A stretch of 64,000 bases of DNA, taken from a virus. Lineage: Duplodnaviria; Caudoviricetes. The position numbers and the translations under genes were made by a program. The notes beneath the pieces were generated by a model. That model was given only the letters and a program-made list of their open reading frames with translations, was not told the DNA's origin and searched no databases. Where the stretch lies: IMG/VR virus record IMGVR_UViG_3300032275_000001, positions 32,001-96,000 of that record. One strand, given 5' to 3'. Positions 1 to 7,245 of the stretch are shown piece after piece. Each line of letters begins with the position of its first letter. Position 1 is the stretch's first letter.

Positions 1-344
1 TTAATGTCAACTTCATCACAACTACTATTATTAACAAACCACTCTAAAAAATCATCATCAATAGCTTGTACACCATCTTTGATTAAGTCTTGGTCTGTTG
101 TTAGGATTATTTTACGTTCATAACCTCCATAAATATCTCTAATTGTAGATTTTGACATTTGATTTTGCAATCCTAAAAACCAATCTCTTTCTTTAATTTC
201 TTCTGAATTAGTGATGTAGATGTGTTGGTTAGTTGCCCCATCAACTTGTTGTAAATAACCTTCTGACCAATCTAACTTACCAATACTATTTACTTTATAA
301 GTTCTACTTGGTTTGTCTGTTGATAATATGTGTATGTTTTTCAT
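1..344 (-). CDS. hypothetical phage protein, 3'-truncated by window edge (MKNIHILSTDKPSR...KIILTTDQDLIKDGVQAIDDDFLEWF)
   Basis: ATG at 344 (minus strand), open frame to the window start; translated by hand. Confidence 0.75.
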   Translation of the reverse strand, partial: MKNIHILSTDKPSRTYKVNSIGKLDWSEGYLQQVDGATNQHIYITNSEEIKERDWFLGLQNQMSKSTIRDIYGGYERKIILTTDQDLIKDGVQAIDDDFLEWFVNNSSCDEVDI

Positions 345-374
345 CTTATAATGTGTTTTTATAGTTAAATTGTA

Positions 375-399
375 AGTTTTAAACTGACTAGAGTGATAT
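375..399. repeat. 25-bp intergenic motif, copy 1 (AGTTTTAAACTGACTAGAGTGATAT)
   Basis: 24/25 identical to 3122-3146. Confidence 0.8.
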
Positions 400-419
400 A
401 AATCATAATATAATGTGAT

Positions 420-812
420 TTATATCTCAAGATAGTCTTCTATATCTTCTCCTTTTTCATTTTGAAAAATGTCAGGACACATACCACATGTATACCATTC
501 TAGCACAATCTCATGTACTTGATCATCAGTTAATCCTAACTGTTCAATAGTTGATATATTTGGTAGAATCTTATTAGTCATAATATTATATAATGATTTA
601 ACTTGTTCTATTGTTTTTATATGTTTCAAGCTATAATGTAATGAATCTTCAAAATCATCATTACTAACACACATTGTTATATAATCATCATCACGTTCAT
701 AACAATGAAATTGTAAAGAGATATCTTTATTTATTTTTAAAGATAAATAAGGATTAACATCTATGAATCCTAAACCAATAAGATTATCTTTTGTTATCTG
801 TATATTTTTCAT
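420..812 (-). CDS. hypothetical protein
   Basis: 130-aa ORF in a tightly packed leftward operon. Confidence 0.7.
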   Translation of the reverse strand: MKNIQITKDNLIGLGFIDVNPYLSLKINKDISLQFHCYERDDDYITMCVSNDDFEDSLHYSLKHIKTIEQVKSLYNIMTNKILPNISTIEQLGLTDDQVHEIVLEWYTCGMCPDIFQNEKGEDIEDYLEI

Positions 813-816
813 AATG

Positions 817-1038
817 TTATTTGTTTTTTACTATATGCAATCTTCTTTTCTTGTCATAAATAACATTTTCTTCTGGTATAAGCTTAACCTCACTCAATAA
901 TATCTTACAAGGCTCATCTAAATACCATACATAGTCTGGATCTGTATCTGAGATCATACCAATCTCACAATACTTTGCTCTGATTCCTGGTGGTTGGAAA
1001 TAAACTGTGTTACTCATTTTTGTTGAATGTTTCTTCAT
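817..1038 (-). CDS. hypothetical protein (real start possibly the ATG near 1017)
   Basis: ORF track; packed against neighbours. Confidence 0.65.
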   Translation of the reverse strand: MKKHSTKMSNTVYFQPPGIRAKYCEIGMISDTDPDYVWYLDEPCKILLSEVKLIPEENVIYDKKRRLHIVKNK

Positions 1039-1216
1039 AGATCTTTTCTAAAGTCCAGTGGTTTTTCTGTGTTGTCATAATACAACATTTAGCTCCAAAG
1101 TGTAGCATGTCTTTCTTCTCCATTTCTTTGGCTTGTTCATATATACTATCAAATTCATCTTGGGTAAAATGTTCTTTTGATTGCATTTGTTTGAAATACC
1201 ATTCTATTGCTGTCAT
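1010..1216 (-). CDS. hypothetical protein (TAIEW...EQAKEMEK...YEETF type small phage protein)
   Basis: ORF track; A-rich leader. Confidence 0.7.
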   Translation of the reverse strand: MTAIEWYFKQMQSKEHFTQDEFDSIYEQAKEMEKKDMLHFGAKCCIMTTQKNHWTLEKIYEETFNKNE

Positions 1217-1248
1217 ATCTTATTTCTTTTTAAGTTAATAAAGAATAA

Positions 1249-1268
1249 GGGCTCCTGTTACAGAGCCC
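1249..1268 (-). other. intergenic hairpin GGGCTC-ctgttaca-GAGCCC
   Basis: 6-bp perfect stem; loop shares TGTTAC with the hairpin at 1462-1485. Confidence 0.5.
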
Positions 1269-1281
1269 ATCATTCCCCTCC

Positions 1282-1428
1282 TTAATAACCCAACTTCTCA
1301 AGTTGATTTATATTGGCTTCTACAATATACACACCGTGTGTTATTGTACATGAGAATGCTATACACATAGCAAACGCTAATTGTCTGAATTGCCAAAATT
1401 CTGTTGGCTGTAATCTAATTGTCTTCAT
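1282..1428 (-). CDS. small hypothetical protein, 48 aa (MKTIRLQPTEFWQFRQLAF...EKLGY)
   Basis: hand translation; A-rich leader; flanked by two hairpins. Confidence 0.6.
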   Translation of the reverse strand: MKTIRLQPTEFWQFRQLAFAMCIAFSCTITHGVYIVEANINQLEKLGY

Positions 1429-1461
1429 TTCTATTGTTATTAAGGATTAATACAAATTAAA

Positions 1462-1485
1462 AAAGCCTCTTGTTACAGAGGCTTT
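1462..1485 (-). terminator. probable intrinsic terminator for the leftward ncRNA transcript
   Basis: AAAGCCTCT-tgttac-AGAGGCTTT stem followed by a U-run on the minus strand. Confidence 0.6.
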
Positions 1486-1613
1486 GATTGTTGAGGTTGG
1501 AACTTTCTTCTCTTAAGTACTCAACACCTTTTTTGTGTAAAAAGGACTTAACATTCGTGGTATGCAAACTACCCAATGTCTGTTACTGTGCTATTTGCGT
1601 CAAGTAACTGCTG

Positions 1614-2029
1614 TGGACTCGGAGGGATTCGAACCCTCGTGTTGCTTACTTCAAAAATACAATTTTATACAGCTTTACGTTTCTTTAAACTCTTTACGTT
1701 AGAAAGGTCAACTAATTAAAGAAGACTCCACCAGAGAGTTTTTTACGTATACTCACAAACTTCTATGGCAAATGTTATAGTCTGTAGCCAGTGTGTGACT
1801 TAATCTCCTAATTCTTAGGTTTAGGCAGCCTCAACTAATTCTCCGAATATAACATCAGATTTAACTTCAGTTCCACCATTTAAGATGTTATGAACTACAG
1901 TCATGTTAGCTTGTACTTGGGCATTCTCTTGTTGTTTGTCATTTAAAATGATTCACCTTAGTTTTATACAGTTATCTCTCTGTGCTGAATTGTATAATCT
2001 ATAATAACCAGTCAATTCCATTCGAGCCC
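1614..2029 (-). ncRNA. ssrA: tmRNA (phage-encoded)
   Basis: Minus strand: 5' GGGCTCG-AATGGAATTGAC and 3' GAGGG-TTCGAAT-CCCTC-CGAGTCC-A. This gives a 7-bp acceptor stem with G3:U70 (Ala identity), a T arm, helix 2 (ATACAATT-CAGC / GCTG-..-AATTGTAT) and an internal tag ORF ending in AA-stop. Confidence 0.93.
1821..1940 (-). other. tmRNA tag reading frame (A)DKQQENAQVQANMTVVHNILNGGTEVKSDVIFGELVEAA*
   Basis: resume context TAAAT-GAC; 39 sense codons then TAA; C-terminal AA. Confidence 0.8.
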
Positions 2030-2041
2030 ATTATTATTAGC

Positions 2042-2310
2042 ACCCAGTTTATATAGCTTGAATCTCTCAAGTACCATGCCTTATTAGGGTCTATATATAA
2101 ACTTAGGGTCACGTAGTTAATAAAAAAATGATAGGCTTATCAGAACCTTTTTTTAAAAATTAACTACTTGCTGAGAACTCATTACGTGAGTAGAGATAGT
2201 ATCCTATACTCTCTTTTAAATGACTATATTGCTTTCTCAAGGCAACTCACGTTTACATATTACTATGTATATCCAATTTTTATACAGGCTTTCAATGTTT
2301 AGTCCTGTTT
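2042..2310 (-). ncRNA. series of putative structured RNA elements (3-way junction 2042-2109, stem 2113-2167, multibranch 2168-2245, hairpin 2284-2308)
   Basis: inverted repeats read directly, e.g. AGTTTATATAG/CTATATATAAACT and TTGC-TGAGAA/TTCTCA-GCAA; no ORF of 60 aa or more. Confidence 0.5.
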
Positions 2311-2333
2311 TTCTAAAAATAACAATCTTTTTA

Positions 2334-2365
2334 TTTGTTCCTTTGAGAAACATTTATTATATTTG
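2334..2365 (+). promoter_or_regulatory. Bacteroidota primary-sigma promoter (TTTG-N20-TATATTTG)
   Basis: exact match to the -33 TTTG / -7 TAnnTTTG consensus. Confidence 0.7.
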
Positions 2366-2368
2366 TAT

Positions 2369-2872
2369 ATGACTAAAGAAATCCTTAAACAAATGTTAGA
2401 TGATGGTTTAAATACTCAACAAATGGCTGAGATATTAAACTGTACAAGAAGAACTATAAGTAATGCTATTAATAGAAATAACTTAGAGTCTCCACGTAAT
2501 AAAAGTATTAGATTAAATGTTAAGCACTGTGCTGGATGTAAAAAAACATTAGACAGAAGCTTATTTTATACTAAATCTAATAAAAATAGTAGTTTATGTA
2601 AAAGTTGTATTGTTACAAACAATAAAACTAGTAGACAAACTGTAAAGCAACAATGTATAGAATACTTAGGTGGATGTTGTTCTAAATGTGGTTACAATAA
2701 ATGTAACGCTGCTTTAGAGTTTCATCATTTAGATCCAAGCCAAAAAGATAAAAATTATACTAATAATAGATTTTTAAATTTTGAAAAACTTAAACCTGAG
2801 TTAGATAAGTGTGTCCTTCTGTGTGCAAATTGCCATAGAGAAGAACATCACTCATCAACTACTGACATCTAA
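2369..2872 (+). CDS. HNH homing-type endonuclease with N-terminal HTH and Zn-binding CxxC pairs
   Basis: CSKCGY..ALEFHH.DP..K..CVLLCANCHREEH motif; N-terminal HTH; ATG 2369 preferred over TTG 2363. Confidence 0.85.
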   Translation: MTKEILKQMLDDGLNTQQMAEILNCTRRTISNAINRNNLESPRNKSIRLNVKHCAGCKKTLDRSLFYTKSNKNSSLCKSCIVTNNKTSRQTVKQQCIEYLGGCCSKCGYNKCNAALEFHHLDPSQKDKNYTNNRFLNFEKLKPELDKCVLLCANCHREEHHSSTTDI

Positions 2873-2943
2873 CATACATTACTGCATGTATCTTTATGTA
2901 ATGTTTAATATTTACACCAACACAATTGTTGGGATTATTTCAT

Positions 2944-3110
2944 TACAAAGCATCAATGTTTAGGCTTTTACCAACCTGTGTCTTTCTTGTAGCTTACCGA
3001 GTTATCAGTTACGGAGCTTGTACAAGAGCAGGGTTTCTGGTTTGCTGTCCTTACTATAAACCCTTTTTCGTATGTTACAGCCTAACAGTTAGCATTGGTA
3101 ATCTTTTGTA
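2944..3110 (-). ncRNA. putative rod-shaped ncRNA of about 170 nt with an asymmetric internal bubble
   Basis: nested complementarity TACAAAG/CTTTTGTA, TCAATG/CATTGG, TTAGGCT/AGCCTAA, CCTG/CAGG, TCTTGTA/TACAAGA. Confidence 0.55.
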
Positions 3111-3121
3111 TCATTCTAGTG

Positions 3122-3146
3122 AGTTTTAAACTGACTACAGTGATAT
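3122..3146. repeat. 25-bp intergenic motif, copy 2 (AGTTTTAAACTGACTACAGTGATAT)
   Basis: 24/25 identical to 375-399. Confidence 0.8.
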
Positions 3147-3271
3147 GAAACATAAATGTATAATATAGGTAAGTTCAATGATACGCAGCACATACATTGA
3201 CTATTTAAACTGCTATGTGGCGTTTATAGTTCCCAGTGATTATACAATAATTGCAAATATAATAAATTATA

Positions 3272-3886
3272 TTAATAAATTGTTCCTGATGAATTAATAT
3301 TTAAACTAATATCACCCTCTGTTGTATTAGATAATATCTTTCTAACATATATATCAGGATTAGATAACACTGAGTTACATTTGTCGATTGCTGATTGAGC
3401 TTTATCCATTAATTCTTGCTTCATTTTATTGAAACCTAGTTCAAGTAATTGTGGAAGCTCAAGAGCACAATCACCCCATCTAGCAATTAAGAATCTATTT
3501 AAATTCCATGTATAGTCTTTCTCTTTATCAGTTGCTGATTTCCAGTTCCATCCTATTAATAAAGGATCAGGATCAACATCATTGTACCAAATGTGAAAGC
3601 CATCAAACATCTTATTGTCTTTAGCAAACTTATACACTTTCAACACTTCTAATGGAATAGTTGACTTATTATACTTATCAGCGTCCACCTTCATAGGACA
3701 AACAGCTTTTAGTTGCTTCTCCATAGCAAGGTTTAAGCTAACATATATATTAGGTACATTTTGTTCTTCAATATTTGATTGTGTACCAAACCCAAGCTCA
3801 AGTGCTAAGTCATTATACTCAGCTAATTGAACTTCATCTAAAATTAGAGATTCATTTTCTGGCTCTCTGTAAATTTTTACTTCCAT
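3272..3886 (-). CDS. hypothetical phage protein (PDPLLIG...FLIARWG)
   Basis: 204-aa ORF. Confidence 0.8.
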   Translation of the reverse strand: MEVKIYREPENESLILDEVQLAEYNDLALELGFGTQSNIEEQNVPNIYVSLNLAMEKQLKAVCPMKVDADKYNKSTIPLEVLKVYKFAKDNKMFDGFHIWYNDVDPDPLLIGWNWKSATDKEKDYTWNLNRFLIARWGDCALELPQLLELGFNKMKQELMDKAQSAIDKCNSVLSNPDIYVRKILSNTTEGDISLNINSSGTIY

Positions 3887-3888
3887 AA

Positions 3889-4092
3889 TTATTGATTAAT
3901 TGTTTGTCTTACATCAATTGTTTTTTGTCTTATAATACCTCTTCTAAAGGTATATATCACTTCTACTATTAGTCTCTTAGACAATATATGTCTGTAGGTA
4001 TTAGTTGAACCAACTAATGTTCCCTTGCTAATTCTAGGTCTCATGTTACAGTGTAATAATAAGCATTGTAACTGTACATACAGATAATACAA
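3889..4092 (-). CDS. small basic hypothetical protein (probable start ATG near 4044)
   Basis: ORF track; MRPRISKG start abuts the upstream stop. Confidence 0.55.
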   Translation of the reverse strand: MYYLYVQLQCLLLHCNMRPRISKGTLVGSTNTYRHILSKRLIVEVIYTFRRGIIRQKTIDVRQTINQ

Positions 4093-4276
4093 AACATACC
4101 CAGCACATTATATTCAAATCACGTTTATATATAGCTTTCTGTCTTTCTAAGATGTTTATTATATCATCTTTAATTTCTAATAATTTCTGTGTTTTTTCCT
4201 GATGTCCATCTACATCTTTTCTTATTTTATGTATTTGATTTAATAGTTGATCTATTGTCTTTAAATCTTTCTTCAT
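4046..4276 (-). CDS. coiled-coil protein with C-terminal transmembrane segment
   Basis: hydrophobic C-terminus IMCWVCFVLSVCTVTMLIITL. Confidence 0.65.
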   Translation of the reverse strand: MKKDLKTIDQLLNQIHKIRKDVDGHQEKTQKLLEIKDDIINILERQKAIYKRDLNIMCWVCFVLSVCTVTMLIITL

Positions 4277-4293
4277 TGTTATTTAGTTTTAAA

Positions 4294-4455
4294 TTATTTC
4301 TTACCTAATATCATACCAATAAGAATTGGTAATATAATTGGACTACATATAAATGATGCAAAAGCATAAGCCTTTACATCATCTAATCTATCAAAAGTTT
4401 CTATTATCACACCTAGCATAACTAAGTATGATGCAATTATATATATTACTATCAT
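4294..4455 (-). CDS. small two-TM membrane protein, 53 aa
   Basis: hand translation MIVIYIIASYLVMLGVII...PIILPILIGMILGKK; start overlaps the upstream stop. Confidence 0.6.
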   Translation of the reverse strand: MIVIYIIASYLVMLGVIIETFDRLDDVKAYAFASFICSPIILPILIGMILGKK

Positions 4456-4643
4456 AAGCCAATAAGTTCATCAAAACAGCTCTCTAACAAATATGTTAAA
4501 TCACGTCTCTCGTGTAACAATACATCAACTTGTTCTTCAATGATATGAATATTCGTATCATCGTGTGCATCTCTAAGACCATCTAAGAAACATATTTCAT
4601 TCTTGATGTCTTGTAATCTCTGTTCAATCTGTTCTGTTCTCAT
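4452..4643 (-). CDS. hypothetical coiled-coil protein
   Basis: ORF track; TAATG coupling to the upstream gene. Confidence 0.65.
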   Translation of the reverse strand: MRTEQIEQRLQDIKNEICFLDGLRDAHDDTNIHIIEEQVDVLLHERRDLTYLLESCFDELIGL

Positions 4644-5011
4644 TATATTAAGTATTTTTTAAATTTTTCTGTTATTAATCGTATTTGTTCTCTAGCATAA
4701 ACATCTGCATCATAATCCATATATGCATCAACAAGATCTTTTATTTCATAAGCTCTATCTGTTACATAATGTACACCATGAGTAGAATTATTATAACTAT
4801 GAGCTGTGTCAAAGCCTATAATAAAGTATTCATTGTCTTTATCCCATTTAGATAATGTTATCTCTTCAGGACAATTATCAGGCTGTAGATAGTTTCCCCA
4901 ACCATCATCAGTTAATATTTTAACTAATATTGGATGGTCTTTGGGAATATGAACGTATCCACATCCCCAACCAGTTTTACATGATTTTTTATAATCTTCT
5001 TCGTACTCCAC
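4643..5011 (-). CDS. hypothetical phage protein (GWGCGYV..P.DHP...EIT...GFDTAH)
   Basis: ORF track; start uncertain. Confidence 0.7.
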   Translation of the reverse strand: MEYEEDYKKSCKTGWGCGYVHIPKDHPILVKILTDDGWGNYLQPDNCPEEITLSKWDKDNEYFIIGFDTAHSYNNSTHGVHYVTDRAYEIKDLVDAYMDYDADVYAREQIRLITEKFKKYLI

Positions 5012-5036
5012 TGTACTAATATATGTCTCTATAATG

Positions 5037-5168
5037 TTATAATCCTTTATCTATTATTACTTCTATTAATACTAATCCAGAAAATAATAGAGCTAATATT
5101 ATAATTAGCCCTAATACAGCTTCTCTATGTTTCCATATATAAGCTAATTGTTGTTTAATATCTTTCAT
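5037..5168 (-). CDS. small single-TM membrane protein, 43 aa
   Basis: hand translation; ATGA overlap with the upstream ORF. Confidence 0.6.
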   Translation of the reverse strand: MKDIKQQLAYIWKHREAVLGLIIILALLFSGLVLIEVIIDKGL

Positions 5169-5284
5169 ATCACTCTATGTGTATTCCAATATCTGTGCAT
5201 TCTTTGACATTTAGATGCACAACTTGTAGTTAATAATGATGTTACTAGCATTAATGCTATAATGTATTTTATTGAGTTCTTCAT
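5165..5284 (-). CDS. mini-lipoprotein candidate, 39 aa (MKNSIKYIIALMLVTSLLTTS-CASK...)
   Basis: positively charged N-terminus, hydrophobic core, TS-C lipobox-like site. Confidence 0.6.
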   Translation of the reverse strand: MKNSIKYIIALMLVTSLLTTSCASKCQRMHRYWNTHRVI

Positions 5285-5286
5285 AA

Positions 5287-5418
5287 TTACATGTATTTTG
5301 GATATTTATAACTGTGTGGTGAATGTGAAGCACAACTACTCATACTAAGTACAATAAGAAGTGCCATTGCTGTAATGGTGTACATTATTAATAATGTAAT
5401 GTAAGGATGTCTTTTCAT
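5287..5418 (-). CDS. mini-lipoprotein candidate, 43 aa (...ALLIVLSMSS-CASH...)
   Basis: signal-peptide-like N-terminus, SS-C lipobox-like site. Confidence 0.6.
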   Translation of the reverse strand: MKRHPYITLLIMYTITAMALLIVLSMSSCASHSPHSYKYPKYM

Positions 5419-5420
5419 GG

Positions 5421-5627
5421 CTAATTGCTATTAAAATGTTTATCAAGATCACATGCTATTATAACAGCTGGTATCCAACCAAATATTAACATAAGCATTA
5501 ATGTTGCACCATCTGTGTAACATTCACGTAGCGATAGCTCTGATAGAGCATATCCAATAAGACTCATAGAAGTCCATGTTGTAAGTAATGAAGCTATTAC
5601 AGCTAACATAAGTTTTGTTGATTTCAT
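5421..5627 (-). CDS. small two-TM membrane protein
   Basis: two hydrophobic stretches. Confidence 0.7.
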   Translation of the reverse strand: MKSTKLMLAVIASLLTTWTSMSLIGYALSELSLRECYTDGATLMLMLIFGWIPAVIIACDLDKHFNSN

Positions 5628-5651
5628 TTGTTTGTTATTAAGGGTTTGTTA

Positions 5652-5867
5652 TTAAAATTTCCAATGTTCTTCAAAATCTGGTGTATAACCAGTATATCTG
5701 TCTACAAGAGGTCTAGACTTATCTATTAACCATCTCACCTTGTATCTACCAAGCTTGTCTTGTTTAATAGATTGTAGTGATCTATCACCAAGCATAGCTT
5801 TAAAGCCTTCAGCACTCTTGAGACTGTTGAAGACTCTTGTAGCATATTTTTGTTCTTTATTTTTCAT
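5652..5867 (-). CDS. hypothetical protein
   Basis: ORF track. Confidence 0.65.
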   Translation of the reverse strand: MKNKEQKYATRVFNSLKSAEGFKAMLGDRSLQSIKQDKLGRYKVRWLIDKSRPLVDRYTGYTPDFEEHWKF

Positions 5868-6054
5868 AATTTAGTCAGTGTTATATAATCAGTCAACCCA
5901 GCATTACCTGTAATTGACTGACTAAAGTATTGTTATTAGTCAGTTATTTAAAAGAGCTCGTAGAAGAGCCCATTATTATTTATCTCCTATATTGGGAATG
6001 AATATATCTTCATCATTCTCCCAATCGTAATCTTCGTAATCATCCATAAATATA

Positions 6055-6279
6055 TTAATTAAATTCAAATCCATATATATTACTAATAATACAATCTACA
6101 TCATTAGATAGAATAGATATTGATTTAGGACCAAGAGTTTTACCATTAGAAGCAAAACTAATCCATTTATCTATTATAGATTGTCTACCTGATAATAAAC
6201 CATCAGTAATATATTTAAGTTCATGTGATGCAATATGTTTTAGTACATCTTTGTATCCTTTGTCTTCATTTATTGTCAT
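6055..6279 (-). CDS. hypothetical protein
   Basis: ORF track. Confidence 0.6.
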   Translation of the reverse strand: MTINEDKGYKDVLKHIASHELKYITDGLLSGRQSIIDKWISFASNGKTLGPKSISILSNDVDCIISNIYGFEFN

Positions 6280-6666
6280 AATGCTATATGTATTGATTAT
6301 GTTATTTGATTATTTAAGTTTATTATTAGGGCTTATTATATGGTTGATGAGTACACTACCACACATTCACACTCAAGCAGAATTATAAATTCTTACAAAA
6401 ATGAAGACAACATTCAATATTCTTATGTAATATTCTTACAAATAAGCTAAAAAAGTTTATTTCTCCCTCGTAAAAAGTTTTATTTCTTCCTACAAAATGT
6501 ATTCTACATATTTACTCCTATATATATAGGAGTGGTTATGTTATGTTGTTATGTTGTTTTTAATAACCCACACCAAACGATCAAGATCCCACCCATATAT
6601 ATAACGTTAGTCTTAACGTTGGGTAGAATGTTAAGCCTCCCATTGATTGAGAGGCTCGAGTTCTAT

Positions 6667-7065
6667 TTAGATTTGCGCTAACAATGCGTCAACATTAACT
6701 TGAGACAATCCTGCGCTCACTGCAGTTGATTTTACTGCTTGTGCTTTAAGAATGTCCACTGCGAAATCATCAGCATAATCATCAGCCAATGCTTGTGCAC
6801 TAGTGAATGCATCAATGATGTCAGTTCTTGTGAATGTGCTGTTAGTACCATCAGCATTAAGAATGACATTCTTGTCAGCATCAACATTGTTGTATGTGAA
6901 TGTGTTAACATTACAGTACAATGGGAATGTGATGTCCTCCGACTTGGTCCAACCATTTTCTACTAACACTGCCTTTGGGCAGAAGTAAGAATTTTTAGCT
7001 TTATCAACGAAGTAAGCATTACCTGCAGGCGTGAAGTTAGCCTTAACAATTTTAGGTGATTTCAT
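6667..7065 (-). CDS. hypothetical protein, first gene of the leftward arm
   Basis: 132-aa ORF with A-rich leader next to the strand switch. Confidence 0.8.
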   Translation of the reverse strand: MKSPKIVKANFTPAGNAYFVDKAKNSYFCPKAVLVENGWTKSEDITFPLYCNVNTFTYNNVDADKNVILNADGTNSTFTRTDIIDAFTSAQALADDYADDFAVDILKAQAVKSTAVSAGLSQVNVDALLAQI

Positions 7066-7212
7066 AATCTGTTCTGTTTTTAGTTGAGTGTTACGTTCAA
7101 TGGGGGACTACCCCCAACCACTCAAATTGTTGCGGGGGTCTTGGGTTGGAGTGGTCAACCTATCCACATACACAATGGGTTCTAAAATTTTGAAAAAAAA
7201 TTTGAAAAAAAG

Positions 7213-7245
7213 TTTGGTAGGTATGCAAAATATGTTTTACCTTTG
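7213..7245 (+). promoter_or_regulatory. Bacteroidota-type promoter (TTTG-N21-TACCTTTG)
   Basis: consensus match at the head of the rightward operon; a second -7 element TATCTTTG at 7372-7379. Confidence 0.6.

Noticed and set aside
1540-1613. Theta/HDV-like ribozyme after the tmRNA 3' end
   Set aside because: A P2-like pairing and a CGAA are present, but P1, P3 and L3 do not fit the HDV consensus
2220-2310. Group I intron core (GACUA ... AUAUAGUC on the minus strand) hosting the HNH
   Set aside because: No interrupted exon, no P3/P4/P6 support, the HNH is antisense, and both motifs sit inside other local folds
2926-3129. Plus-strand 67-aa ORF
   Set aside because: TTG start, no leader, overlaps a strongly base-paired element; probably spurious
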